64,000 nt of DNA from Camelus dromedarius (GCF_036321535.1 NC_087436.1:32676001-32740000), one strand, 5' to 3'; positions 1 through 13,770 are shown, counted from the stretch's first letter. Translations and numbers: made by a program. Notes: a model not told the origin generated them from the sequence alone.

Positions 1-1404
1 TAATTTTGATCCCTTTTTTAAGATTTTTTTTTTTAAGATTATAATATAGTTCTTTGCAGGTCACTCTGTCTCTGGAACATTTTCACTCAGTTATCAAGGA
101 AACCCAAAGGCATCTGTGGGAGTAAACCATTCTTTGAAAGATTAGCAAAGATTCACTATCAATAAAACAAAAATAGCCCTTATCCTCTACCACACAACAA
201 CTTTTAAGAGAAGATTTGTGAGCCTTTTAGGTGCATATGCTATAAAAATGCAAAATGGTGGTAACAGGTGATGTAAAGGGAGACAAAGGTTTCCATACAG
301 TTCCTTTGTAAAAGAAAACAAATCCATGGGTTCTATATAACATTCATGATAGGACATAGTGCTCTGTCCCAGACTGCTAATTTTTCCTTTTTCTCATTTG
401 TTTTCCTTTTTCCTCATTCTTTATAAATAGAAACTTTTAATCTTATCATTCCCTTCCTGAAATGAGTTCTTGACCTAGTTCAGACTGCAGAATTCCAAAG
501 AACATGGGTCATGTTTGTGAGGTTTTCTCGGCGAAGGGCCTCAGTGCAACAGCACATGTGAACAAATGCTTAAAAAATAAGACTTTTGATCATGATGTCA
601 CTTAGATTTTAGAAAAAAAAATGTTTCAACTGAATAGCTTTAGGCTGCAACTCATTGTATAATAAACTAGACAGCTGCCTCAAATCTTTTCTGAAATGAA
701 GTAGGATTTATTACTAAATAAAATAAGAGATCCATTTATCAATGCAACAAATATTCATTCTTTAACAGAGTGTGGTGCTAGGCTTGTGTCATCACATGGT
801 TTGTGCTAGAATCTGGTGGGTACAGATGAGGTTACATTAACTCTAACAACTCAAATTTTATTGACTTGTGAGAACCTTGGCCTCCTGAAAACTCCCTGCA
901 GAGTATATTTTTAGGGTATCTTTAAGGGGCATCTCCTATGCACTTGTAGATAGCCCTTCTGCTCAATGATGTCTTCTACCTAAGAAAATATCTGCAAGCA
1001 GTTGCTGCCTCCTGTCACTATACTTCTGAAGCTCCCAAAGTTGCAAGCTTCAGGGGCCACATAGAGTTGCATGTCCTGCAATTGACCCAGGTCCAGGAAC
1101 AAGCTGTGTTCCACACACAATATATTTTGTCAGGCGGCACACAAAGAGGGTCTTAGATGGTGTCTCTTAAGGTCCTTTGGGAAAACATGTTTCCCCCCTG
1201 GTTTTTGCTGATAGCATCTCTCTCTCCTTAGAGCTCAAACATGAGTCTCTGAGTCCTGAGCATGATAGCCACCATGTTGTTCCCTTCAAATCTCAGATGT
1301 CTCCCACAGTGTGCCTTGAAAAGTCCTATTCCTTGCAGCCGTTCTGCACCCCTTGGCAGATCAATTTGTGTTAATAGACACTTGTGGGCTACCACTACCT
1401 CATC

Positions 1405-1424
1405 AGACATGCCCAGACATGTCT
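1405..1424. promoter_or_regulatory. Perfect p53-family response element (two half-sites, no spacer)
   Basis: AGACATGCCC+AGACATGTCT matches RRRCWWGYYY twice at 20/20, both with CATG cores. An extra half-site AAACATGTTT lies at 1184-1193. Function untested. Confidence 0.6.
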
Positions 1425-2029
1425 GAATCCTAGCAGAGGCAACAGCTTAGGTTGAAACTGAAGCCTCTGTACGTGCTTAACAAAAATTCACACAAAGTAC
1501 TATGAAACATAAGTCTTTCAGTGGAAAATATCTCATGTTAAATTGGTTCATGCATGCATGCTTCATTTATAATCCAAATAAATTCCTAAGCCCCATATGG
1601 CCTAGTTTTGGCACAGTACTACATTAAAGAAACAGTCTAGCAACCAAAAGTAATTACAAAGTAATTCCCACATTTATTTGGGCCTCCTTAAGAGTATTAA
1701 GTGAACGACAAGTTCATAACCCTTAGTTATGAACCCTTAGAACTCCTTCTAGAAGCCTTCTATCTTCTTCCTTGTTCTCTCATGTCCCTTCACATCCCTG
1801 CTGCCTCTGTTTATGCTAAGTCCCCAATATTTCTCTCCCAAACCTGCCTCTCTGTCTCTTACTTTTTCTTGGTCTTCTCTTTTTGCCTTTCCAGTTTTTC
1901 CTCTCTTTCTCAAAATCTGGGAATTTCTGGCAAAACTGAACTCATTTTAATGGGTCAAAGTGGTAGGGAAGCTAGCGGACCAAGACAAGACACTTTTTAG
2001 TAAGCAGAAAAGGTAGGGATGAATCAATC

Positions 2030-2580
2030 GTTTTTGTACCTATTATACACTCATCTGACATCAGTTGAGTGCCTATGATACATGGCAGGCACTGTGGAGG
2101 CACTGAGGACATAAGCGAGTAAGACATTATCTCTAGCTTCAGGAAACTCAAGTCCAGTAGCAGGTACAGGCATTCAGACAAATGACTGTAATCAGTGGGG
2201 CAGGTATAAGACTGGAGTTAGATTTTAGGCCATTGTGTGACACCAAACTTGGGTAGGTCAATAAAGGCTTCACAGAGAAAAAGACCTTGGCATTTAAAGA
2301 TAAGCTGTAGTTTTTCAGTGGGTGGTTTCCTAAGCCAGAAACCCAGGAGTGATCCTAGAGTCTCCCCATTCCTTTAACCTCCACAAATACTTTTAACTCT
2401 TATGGCCTCTTGATTCTACCTCCTTAACACCTCTTTTATCCATCTCTTCCTGCCCATCTACATTGCTATTGTTTATGTTAGCACAGCTTTCACTTTGAAA
2501 GTATCCAACTGGCTTCTTACTTACCTTCTTGCCTATAATCTGGCACTTTTTGAAAACATCTACCATATTGCCTATAGTCT
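2030..2580. mobile_element. Degenerate L2 LINE fragments
   Basis: L2-like segments such as TGAGTGCCTATGATACATGGCAGGCACTGTG and CCCAGGAGTGATCCTAGAGTCTCCCC. Boundaries approximate. Confidence 0.4.
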
Positions 2581-2589
2581 AGCTAAGTA

Positions 2590-3397
2590 GTTTTTTTTTT
2601 TTTTTTTGATCTCAAGGCTCCTTTATGCTCTCAAAAATTATTGAGGACCCCAAAAAGCTTTTGCTTATGTGGGTGACAGAAATATTTAATATACTAAAAA
2701 TTAACACTGAGGAACTTTAAAATTAAATTAAAAATTTAAAGCTAAAAATAACCTCATTACATGTTAACATAAATAACACATTTTTATGAAAAATATATTT
2801 TACAAAATAAAATAAAATTTAGTGAGAAGAGTAGCATTGCTTTTTATTTTTTTGCAAGACTATCATGTTTGATTCAATAGAAGATGGATTCACATATCTA
2901 TTTCTTTTTTTATGTTCATATGTATATTTTTTATTGAGTTATAGTCGGTTTACAATGTTGTGTCAATTTCTGGTGTACAGCACAATTTTTCAGTCATATA
3001 TGAATATATGTATATTCATTTTCATATTCTTTTTCACCATGAGCTACAACAAGATATTGAATATATTTCCCTGCGCTATACAGTAATAACTTATTTACCT
3101 ATTTTACAAATACCAGTCAGCATCTATAAATCTCGATCTCCTAGTTTATCCCTTCCCACCCCTCTGCCCCCTGGCAAACACAAGTCTGTATTCTATGTCT
3201 GTGAGTCTGTTTCACATATCTATTTCTACATTCAGTCTGTTGTGATGTCACATAGCCTTGGTAAGCCTCCACTGTACAATCATAAAAAGTAAGAATGAAC
3301 AATAAATATTATTATGAAAATATTTTTGAACTTGAAAACCTTCTGAAATGGTCTTGAGGACCCAAGGGCTTCTTAGGCCACACTCTGAAAACTGCCA
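2590..3397. mobile_element. hAT-Charlie (Charlie1-like) DNA transposon remnant, interrupted by a younger L1
   Basis: CTCTCAAAAATTATTGAGGACCCCAAAAAGCTTTTG, AGTGAGAAGAGTAGCATTG and terminal GGCCACACTCTGAAAACTGC resemble Charlie1-type consensus. Confidence 0.55.
2906..3210 (-). mobile_element. 5'-truncated young L1 3' end
   Basis: L1 3' UTR related to other copies in the window. Exact 17-bp TSD TTCACATATCTATTTCT at 2889-2905 and 3211-3227. Confidence 0.9.
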
Positions 3398-3702
3398 GTA
3401 CAGATCTTTCTAAAGTAAAAATCTGTTTGTTTCCTCCCCCACTTAAAATCTTTCAGCAGCTCTCTTTTGCCTACAGAATAAGATAAATGAAGAGTGGGAA
3501 GGCAGTAAGATGACTCCTAGATTTTACACTTAGATAACTGGATAAACAAAATAGAAAATAAGAAAGGGGAAGCATATTTTTCACAGCGATAAAGTTGATG
3601 AATTCAGGGTGTTTAGTCATGGATTCTGAGGTGAGTACGAGTTAACTACTGTGCACAACATACCACTCAAAAAATGTAGTGGCTTAAAACAGCATTTGTT
3701 AT

Positions 3703-4945
3703 ACAACAAAGACGTGATCTGTGAAAAAAAAGAGTTGATAAGCTGGACTTCATTAAAATTAAAAAATTTCTGCTCTGTGACAGACAATAAGAGAATTAGA
3801 AGACAAACTACAAAGTGAAAGAAAATATTTGCAAAAGACACATCTGATAAAGGACTGCTATACAAAACATACAAGAACTCTTAAAACTCAACAATAAGAA
3901 AGCAAACAACCTGTTTTACAAATGGGCCAAAGACCCGAGCAGACACATGGCAAATAGATGGCAAATAGCATACGAAAAATTGTTTCACATCCTATGTCAT
4001 CAGGGAAATGCAAATTAAAACAACGAGATACCACTAGACATGGTTTAGAATGGCCAAAATCCAGAACACTGGCAACACCAAATGCTGATTTGAATGTGGA
4101 ACAACAGGAACTCTCACTCACTGCTGGTGGGAATGCAAAATGCTACAACCACTTTAGAAGGCAGTTTGGCAGTTTCTTATAAAACTAAACATACTCTTAC
4201 CATGTGATCCAGCAATCACGCTCCTTGGTATTTATTTAATCAAAGGAGTTTAAATTTTATGTCCACACATAAACCTGCATAAGGATGTTTATAGCAGCTT
4301 TATTCATAAATGCCAACACTTGGAAGCAATCAAGATGTCCTCCAGTAGGTAAATAGATAAATAAATCTTTGGTACATCCAGACCACAGAATATTATTCAG
4401 CGCTAAAAAGAAATGAATTATCAAGCCATGAAAAGACACGGAGGAAACAAATGCATATTACTAAGTGAAAGAGGCCAATCTGAAAAGGCTACTTACTATG
4501 TGATTCCAACTGTATGACATTCTGGAAAAGGCAAAACTAGGGAGACAATAAAAAGATCAGCTGCTGCCAGGAGTGTGTGTGTGTGTGTGTGTGTGTGCTG
4601 ATGGTGGTGGGGATAAACAGGCAGAGCACAGAGGATTTTTAGGGCTGTGAAAATACTCTGTATGATATTATATGAAGGATATATGTCATTATACATTGTC
4701 TAAACCCATAGAAGGCACAACAGCAAGAGAGAATCTTAATGTAAACTATGGATTTAGGGTGATTATAATGTGTCAAGGAAGGTTCATCAGTTATGACAAA
4801 TGTACCACTCTGGTGAGTGATGCTGATAATGGGGGAGGCAATGCATGTGGGGGCCAAAGGGTATATGGGAATCTCTGTGTCATCCTCTCAATTTTGCTGT
4901 AAATCTGAAATTCCTCTAAAAAAAAAAAAAAGCCCTTTAAAAAAA
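3703..4945 (+). mobile_element. Old L1 (L1MC-like) ORF2 end plus 3' UTR, inserted into an MLT-like fragment
   Basis: Degenerate ORF2 C-terminus, L1MC-type 3' UTR (GTCATTATACATTG...AAATGTACCACTCTGGTG) and A-rich tail. Residual TSD CAGCATTTGTT at ~3690-3700 and 4948-4958. Internal (TG)n at ~4573-4597. Confidence 0.8.
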
Positions 4946-5964
4946 CCCAGCATTTGTTTATTATTTCTCATAAGACTCCAGGTTGACTGGACCAAGCTAG
5001 GTGGTGAATGGAGGATGGTGGACCCATGAGACAGAGAGCAATATTTTATCTGGCCTATCATTTGGTCAAACAGTCCAGTGTGCTTCCTGCTCAATCTTTG
5101 CTTTTGCAGGAAGAAAGTACTTCCTGCCATTGGTAGGTCAGGAGACATCACATCTAGGTTACTCTTTGCCAAGGAGTGGAGGGCCAGAAGACACACTATG
5201 TTTATTCCACCTTTGTGCCTTTGGTCATTCTGTTGCTTCATCTGGAATGCTTTCTTTCTCTTTGCTTCCCCCTCCTCCCCCCACTGGAATGCTTTCTTTC
5301 TTCCTTTTCATGTGTATCCTTGCTTAACCCAGCCTTTTACTCTCACTTTGACCCACAGTAATCTTATACTAGATCCTTCCATTGTGGACTTGCTTATGCT
5401 GTAAACTGTGCTTCACTGGCAGGTTCTAACTGGCCATAAGGGAAGCTGCAGGAGGTCTGGGAGGCAGAAGTGAAAGCAGCATCCATTATACTTGGAAAGG
5501 TATTATTGGTTAGAGGCAGTGAAGACAGATGCCAAGATGCCAGCAGTTTTCAGGTTATCCTCCTGCTTCCTCATTTCGCTTCCAGCTCTCTTTCCAACTG
5601 CCTGGCCTACGAACCAACAGCAGCCCCAGGCTGGCCCACCACAGCTTTGCTGTAAGCTTCTAGGGCAGGAGCTTCAAAGAGTCAACAGTCTTCCACAGAG
5701 TTCTACAGCAGCACAGTATACTGAGCATGCTTAGCTTCTAGATTCAACTATGACTGGGGAGCAGTGTATTGGGGTCCTTTCTCATGTACCTGTTAGGATC
5801 TAACACCTGGCTACATACTCTCTGATCTTTTTCTTCCTCACTCTTGCTGGATTTTTATCACTTTGGGGGCCAAAATTTGATTTTATATTATCAAACATGC
5901 TTCCTTACTCTATATTCACGGTATATATACTAGGTTCTGAATTTTGATATTTTAAGGGAAGGTG

Positions 5965-6012
5965 ATATACATATATATATATTATATATATGTATATATA
6001 ATATATATATAT
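5965..6012. repeat. Imperfect (TA)n microsatellite
   Basis: Read directly from the sequence. Confidence 0.8.
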
Positions 6013-6331
6013 TAAATTCAAAATACCCTTTCATTTCATTCATATTGCTAGTGACATCGAGAGTCAGAACATGCCATAGATTTACAAAAGTCTACTTATG
6101 AACTCAAAAGCCAAGAATTTGACTCTATTTTCTTTCTGTACATGCTCTAGCCCAGGAGCAGCTCACATAGAAAGCTATTGCTGTTGCCTCAGTGTTGAAG
6201 CAGAGTGCTGGAAAACTGGTTGTGGGATGATGGAAATTTTGGTTTAATATCTTCAAATATTATCTTGACACACAGGAATAAAATTTAAAACTTCTCATGG
6301 AATGAATGGATTGTATGTCCTTTCAGTAATG

Positions 6332-6332
<1 letters not shown>

Positions 6333-6389
<57 letters not shown>
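6333..6389. repeat. (TA)21 microsatellite followed by poly-T
   Basis: Read directly from the sequence. Confidence 0.95.
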
Positions 6390-7009
6390 CAACTTAGCTT
6401 TTGAATAAAAATTGGACAGTAGCCAATCTGAGGCTTCATTTTCTGGCAAGGAACCTAAGTTCATGTGTTCTGTGTTCTTAATTAAGAGCAGATCCGTATA
6501 CTTAGAAATCAACCAAAATAGAAAAAAAAGAGCAAAAGGTAAATTTGACATTTTCTTGAAAAAAAAAAAAGAGAGAAAATCTAACCAGTTTCCTTGCCTG
6601 AATAGAAGATCATCTTTATCTTCTAACAAAAAAAAATTAGTTTTTTGAGAAAAAGGAATATTTTACTTTCTGTATCTTTTATCATGATTTTCTTTCTATG
6701 GAGAAAGAAGGCTTGTTGGAGATAACTGTTATGACCTTTGATTCATACCAGCTTTAGACTATCCAATACCTCACACTCTTGAAATCCCTTTTAATTGAAA
6801 CTGGTAGTGAAATTTGGTATGTTTGGAAAGCATGATGTTCCAAATTTGTAGATACCTAACATGTAGTTAGGTAACTCATTAACCCAGAAAGTGGAGCTTC
6901 GAGAGCCTTGGAAAATGAAGGAATAACATTAACATTCAGCACTGATTCCAGCAGAATTGCTTTCTAAGAAAAATCTTCGCTCTTCTTATACTCCTCTGTG
7001 TCAATCAAA

Positions 7010-7130
7010 CAGATAGTGATGTTGGTTGCACAACACTGTATATGTAGTTAATGCCACTAAATTTTATACATAATAATGGTTAAAATAGCAAATTTTGTTA
7101 TATATATTATAACACAAAAAATTTCCATAA
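7010..7130 (+). mobile_element. Old L1M 3' end fragment
   Basis: GGTTGCACAACACTGTATATGTAGTTAATGCCACTAAATT...ATGGTTAAAATAGCAAATTTTGT is typical of the L1MB/ME 3' terminus. Confidence 0.6.
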
Positions 7131-10100
7131 AAAGGTCTATCTTCTCATACAACAGTCATGGATAAGCTTATGAAGCCCAATGGATTGGTGACTTATATGA
7201 TGATAGAACACAGAAGCAAGACTCTACTCACAAGAAAAAAAAAAAGATTTATATTAAGTTCCTGGAAACGGATTCTGTGGTACTATTTTATGAGCAAAGA
7301 CTGATTTTCAGGTTACTAACTTGGAGAGAGAGACTAAATTTCTTTTTCTTCATTTCCATTTTCAAGACCCTGATGTTTATATATATTGTAGAATTCTTTC
7401 ACTTACTCATTCATTTTTCTCTCCTTAGCAAGTGCTAGCTCTAAGAATATAGGAAATTATTTATTTTATTTTAGAAAAGAATATAATCACTTGAGACTAA
7501 CTTACAGTAGAAGATCATGACATGAAAAATATGGAATCAACATACAGTGGTCTTAATGAGTTTGAATATGCTGAATGGTTGTAATCTGAGATTTCCAAAG
7601 CAAAGATTCTTTCTCTCTCTCTCATTTTTAATATGAAGGTTTTGGAATATGTCCTTACTGATTTTCTAAACATTTGTAATATTTTATTCCTTTCATTTTT
7701 ATTTTTATTCAGTAATTATTTTCATAGCCTGGAGAAAAACTGCCTTTATCCACATCACACAGGTATTTTTATAATGAATAAAAAAAATCACACATATGAC
7801 ATAAAACTTTAGGATATATTATTATATTACGTATTCATACTTAAGCTTTACCTCAAAGTAATTTCTCAATTGCTCCATGACAGCTGGATATGAAGTGCAT
7901 AATTTTTATATGATTAAAAATAAATTGCCATTTTGATTATCTAGAGATTCTACAACTACTGTATCTTTTAAAAAGGATTCTACCTTGGTTTATAGAAATT
8001 AAACTATACTTCAATAAAAAACTAAAAAAATTAAGAAAGAAAAAAAATGAGGAAGCCAATCAAATGTAAAAACTAAACAAAAAAAGAAATGAAATAATTC
8101 TACCTGTATTTTTAGCTGGATTTAAATGTGAAGGCTTCAGACTGGTAAATGGTGTCTTTGGAAGATTTTAATTCTGCCAATTCCATAATATTGAGCTGTA
8201 TCAAACAGATGAAAGAAGTGGAAAGTTAGGCAATTTCCTTTAAATATATTGATAAAATTATCTGTAAATATAAGTGAGAACTGGGTGTTCAAATTATTTG
8301 AGTTCATTTAATTCAAATATTAGAACCATCAGCATTTTTCTCCATGAATAAATAGGAGGTTTTATTATTGTTCCTCTTGTCCAAATTATCCAGGCTATTT
8401 TTAATCTTCCACTTTAATCTTCTAGAGTAGACGTGGTCATACAGGAGGTACACATACACACTGCCAATTGAATATTCCAGCTTTATTCTACTGCCAAAAT
8501 GTGATTTGTAACAAACCTGCTGATATGATTTTACATTCTCTGCAGAAATCACTCAGTGGTAAACCAGGTTTTTTGGCCACAGTAATATCCCCTGCTAAGA
8601 GCTAAATAAGCCATAGTATTGAGAAGCCAGGCTGGAATTTAGCTGTTTAATTGTTTTCATGTGTTTGCATTAGAATGGGTATGAACCCTAACTAGTCAGC
8701 TGTACAAAGGTTGGAGTTGGAATCCAGGCCTTGTTGTCAAAGCACTAAAGCTAAAATTCTCCCTTAGTTAGCCTGCCTTAGCAGTCTCTGTTTCTCAGGA
8801 AATACATTCTATTGCTTTTGAAGGAAAGCAAAATTATTTTAAGAAAAGACCCTCTCTCTCGTCCAATTATACTTCCACTTCCTCCTCTTTTCTCTTGCCA
8901 TTCCTTAGAACCCTGTAATTACCCAATTAAATAAAGCTAAATCTTTACTACTAAAAAACAGCTTCCAGACTACTCATGGATCATGCACTTTATAGCCTTG
9001 CAAAGATTCCCCAATTTACTTTTTGAGGTAGGTATATTATACCATATATAAATTATTAAACAGCTTCATTGAAATACTATTAGTATACAAAGAGCTGCAC
9101 ATATTTAATGCATACAGTTTGATGGATTTGAACATACTCAAACACCTGTGAAACCATTACTACAATCAAGGTAACAAAGGCTCAGAGAGAAGGAATTTGC
9201 TGAAGATTCCAGAGATAATATGTGAGCCAGTAGGGATTTGAACACTGGTCTTTTTGACTCCAACGTCCATGCTGTTTCCAATTCAAGGCTGCCAAGTTGT
9301 ATTTTCACCTCGATTGATGTTTATGTGTTGGTATAGGACTTGTTAGAGATGTTAGCACAGAAGACCTGTACATATGGGACTACTTTTTCCATCAGAAATG
9401 AAGACATATATAAATATACTCATGAGACCCAACAATTAGAATTGGACCGTCCAAAAAAATCCAGAGTATATTCAATTCCAGAAAAGGTCACTTTAGTCAC
9501 AGACAGAGACAAGAGATATTCACACTGTCTGATTATATTTGTCTCTCAGTTGTAAACGCAAATGGGGCGTTGTGTCGATAACAGGAGTGGGTTAAGAAGG
9601 CCTGCTTCCCCAAATAGCCACAGACTCACAAACCACACTATGTGTGATGGATTGGTCCCTCTTTCTAGGGGCTATAATATCATTTTATTAATAACTCTTC
9701 AAAGCAGGCGTGAGTTATATACATGTATATATGGTATCAAATGTATTAAATGGCTTATTAAATTTATTTTCATATATTTGTCTTTCTCCTAATTATATGA
9801 TGGCAATACATACTGACATATGGGGGTGTTGGAATCACTGAAAATATAATCAATCTTAAGTTTCCAGCAGGTAACATACCAAGCAAGGGGATAAAGTTAA
9901 ATTGAAAAGAGTTTTGATTTCTTTCCAATAGTGAAAAATAATAATTTTCACTAGACGATTTGATCAATGCAAAAAATGTTTAAAAAAATGACTTTTAAAC
10001 CTGCCAATCAAATATGAGTATTGTTGTTATTTGGCATATTGATAAAGCTATTTAAAAGAAAGATTTATAAATATTGCTATATGTATGAAAAATGAGTGAA

Positions 10101-10469
10101 GAAACAGGTGTTAAATATTTTACACCATTCACTGTAGAGGAATTAAGGCTGCACAAAAGCAATATAGTCTAGCATTTTACAGAAGAATAACAAAATAATC
10201 ATATTTATTAACAGACATTTTCAAGAAAAAAGAAGCATGGGTTCCTTCAAAGTATACACTGAAAAACTAATTTCATATACTAGTGAGGATTATGATTATG
10301 AAGTTATGGTTAAAAAACAAAACACCATGGTTACCTAGTGTTAAATGATGGCCCCTTCCCTCCCACCTCAACTGGGTTCCTGTTACAATGGCTGATGGTG
10401 TGTTTTGCTCCTCACTTAAAACTAGCTAGAAAAAGAAACCATGTGGAACTAAGTCTAAAAGTATTACTA

Positions 10470-11717
10470 TGTAGCAGATTGTATTTTTGAAAAATGGGTG
10501 CAAAATAACACCCATACCACGTATACTTTTAGAACCTTGCGACTCACCCATAAAAAGATGTAGTCTAATTAGCTCCCTCAATCTGAATTTGGGTAGGATT
10601 GTAATTGCTTCACAAACAGAATCCAGTTGAGGTGACTTTGCATGACTTACGATATTAGCAAAGAATAGGCCAGGCCATAAGCTTCTATTTGGTTCTCTTG
10701 GGATGACTGCTCTGGAAAAATCAGACCATGGAAGCTAACCCCACCCCCCGATACTGCTGTGCTGTGAGGGAGCTGAAATTAGCCTACATGGAAAAAGCAC
10801 AGAGAGGAACACTGAATCTACAAGTTATGAGAGTTGTTTAGCCTTCTCAGCTGCTCCAGCTCCTCATTGTTCCAATCCAGCTACTGTGTGACTACACATG
10901 AGTGACTCAGCCAGAATCATAAACTGATTCCTTTCTGAATTTCTGAGCCACAGAAATCACAAAAGATAATACAATGATTGTTGTTGTTTTAAGCAAGTAC
11001 ATTTTGGGGTGATTTACCATGTAGCAATAGATAATTGGAGCAGAATTTGATACACAAATGGAGTGCTGACATAACAAAAAACCTAAAGTGGACAGAATCC
11101 TTTAGGAAGAGACTGTTAGTAAAATCCTGAAGCACCTAGGAAGGATGTTAGTGAAAGCTGGAAGAAACTTGGGAAGAGTGTTAGCAGAAGGGCCTCAAGA
11201 ATACTGTCTGTGAGGGCTTAAAGCAAAATGAAGAGAACATAAGTGGAAGTTGGAGAAAGGGGACCCCCGTATGTATTGGCAGAAAGTTTAGCACAGTTCT
11301 TGTCTGCGTGAATGTGGAACAGAGACTGTGTGCCTAATGAACTCAATGATCTGACTTTTTCTTGCTGCTCATAATACAATAAAAGAGGAAGGTGATGAAC
11401 TAGTGAACAAATTAATCCATTTTGAATGAAACTCAGAAAATGCAAAGGATTCAGAGTAGTCTTTTCAGATAGCAAGCTGTTCTCAACTTTAAAAAGGAAC
11501 ACAGACCCATGGGATAGACAGGGCTAGAATATTCTTTGTAAGAAAGTTCTAAAGCATCATATAACACATGAAATTCATGAGAGGCCCCAAGCCAGAACCA
11601 CCCTATGAGCCTTCCCTAAATTCTTGGCCCACGGAAACCAGTGGAAATAATAAGATGACTGTTGTTAAGTCAATCCAATTTGCAGTGATTTTTTAAGAGA
11701 AATAGATAACTAGAACA
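10470..11717 (+). mobile_element. MaLR (MLT1-type) element: 5' LTR, internal fragment and partial 3' LTR
   Basis: LTR starts TGTAGCAGATTG at 10470 and ends ...TTTGGGGTGATTTACCATGTAGCAATAGATAATTGGAGCA at ~11042. MLT-internal-like sequence follows, then a second LTR 3' end ...AATAGATAACTAGAACA at 11717. Confidence 0.7.
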
Positions 11718-11907
11718 TATTCAAAAGACAAGAATAATGTATAAAGTCTTAAGTAGTCACGTTTAATTAAAAAAAAATTTACCGCCAGGGAGTAGGGTAA
11801 ACATTATTCAGGTATGTAATGTCTTATTTTACTTCAGAAATAAAATAAACAAAAATAAAAACTGTCTGCTTAAAGATTAAACCTTATTTTACTTAAATGT
11901 TGAATCA

Positions 11908-12055
11908 GTATAGCTGATCAGGGAACTATATTCAATACCTTGTAACAGCCTATAATGAAAAATATGAAAAGGAATATGTATGTATAATGGAATCACTAGG
12001 CTGTACACCAGAAATTAACACAATTGTAAACCGATTATACTTCAATTTTAAAAAA
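11908..12055 (+). mobile_element. L1 3' end fragment (artiodactyl-type)
   Basis: CAGGGAACTATATTCAATACCTTGTAA...GCTGTACACCAGAAATTAACACAA...TATACTTCAATTTTAAAAAA. Confidence 0.75.
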
Positions 12056-12989
12056 TGCAGCAATTTTAAAAAATCCTGGATGGCTAATGCCGAATCAGAC
12101 TCCTGGGCATGGGGGAATGTTGAACTAAACAATCAATTACACGATGATTTCTTTATTAAATCATCATTAACAAAGAATGGAAGTACTTTTAGGCAAGGGG
12201 CTTTGGCTTTCACACCACAAGTACTGAAATATATCACACCCCTTTTAAGAAAGTTGAGTATTAACAGACTGGGGGGCCCATAACAATCACTTTAAGTAAG
12301 CACTTAATTTTCACCTAGAAGTGAAAGTTTCCATACATTGGTAAACTTTCTCACCATTCGAGCTTTCACAATAACTTGTTGAGAAAACAGATACAACTTT
12401 CTTTTACATAAAATTAAAAATGAAGGTAGTGACACTGTGCTTTAATCCATAATAGATACACATTGATTTAAACACAGCAAATTAAATAAACTCTACTGGA
12501 GAAATTCATATGGTGTGTATGGTTAAACTACTTTGAAAAGGGGTAATATAGTAGGGTATTCTTATATTCCGAATCTTCTACAGGATTCTTCTTCGTTACC
12601 TTTTGTTTCCAACCCCTTCTTTCCCTCCTTCCTCTTCCTTCTCCTCCCTCCTACTTCTGTGATTTTAAAAGATAGTTTTCTTTATGATAGGTCAAAATAC
12701 TGTTTCTCTTCACTTTGATTCCTTTATCATTTGCATCTGTATAACCTGTTTAGCTGAGTAGTTAGCTGTATTTACAAAGGAAACCCTTCACCGTGTTAAA
12801 AATGAGTGACAGATAATTATTCCTAGCTTCAGGGAGCGCACATTTTATTGTGGGAAATAGTCATCTATTGAGCTCATCACAGTAGTCTTACATACATGTA
12901 AGTAAAATGAATAATGCACTTGAGACCACAGAAAAGAGAGTAATGAATGTTTTGGAGTGATGAATATTTTGGGGGTGAAATTGAGGTTA

Positions 12990-13190
12990 AGCAGCGGTGT
13001 ACTAGAGTCAGTACTGGGTGCTAACTATGGTCCAGGTACTGTGCTAATTAAGCACTTACACTATCATAATTCATTCTCAAAACAGTCTGTGAGGTAAGTA
13101 TTAGCGACTCCATTTTACATGGGAAATAGAAGCTCTGGGATTTGAAATCCTGTCCATCATATGAAAGGTTTACCGCTGCACTTTACTTTC
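12990..13190 (-). mobile_element. MIR SINE
   Basis: ACTATGGTCCAGGTACTGTGCTAA...CAGTCTGTGAGGTAAGTA...CCATTTTACA, the MIR core in antisense. Confidence 0.55.
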
Positions 13191-13489
13191 TCAAAAACAA
13201 AGAAGTGAATGTGGAGAAGTTTGGGGAGGTGAAGTTGGACTAAGTTTAACAAGACACATTATTTCTCTTATCACCACTTTACATAGCCTGTTATTTTCTC
13301 AAGTTATGTGTAGATTTCTCTGGCTGGGGCAAACTTATTCCTCAAGCAAATTCACTGATTTTATAATACAGAGGATTCCTTTAAGACATTTTGTAATTTG
13401 TCCAGAAAATTAAATTCCAGGATAGCATGTAAAGTCACATAAAGACACGTAAAGTCAGCTGAAGTTGTCATCTGCCCACTGTTTTGGAT

Positions 13490-13770
13490 AAAGAAAGTTA
13501 AGTGTCCTGCAAAGTAGAGGAAAGAGTTAGAGAAAGTTAACTGACAGGGCCAGCCTGAGAGAAGATGTTTGTAGCACATGTAACCCAAAAGGGATTAATA
13601 TCTAGAATATATAAGGAACTCCTGCAAATCAGGAGGGATAACACACAGAAACCAACCAAACTGTCAAAGAGCATGAATAAGCACTCCACAGAAGGAAAAA
13701 TCCCCAATAACCAATCAGTATACGAAGAGGTACAAAACCGCAATAGAAATCAGAAAAATGCAAATTAAAT
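13490..13770 (+). mobile_element. Old L1 ORF2 C-terminal fragment
   Basis: ORF 13565-13768 translates to [14 protein letters not shown]..., homologous to the ORF2 C-terminus of the full-length L1 in this window ([11 protein letters not shown]). Confidence 0.75.

Noticed and set aside
5242..5301. 18-bp direct repeat CTGGAATGCTTTCTTTCT
   Set aside because: Only two copies, in a pyrimidine-rich degenerate repeat; a local duplication rather than an array.
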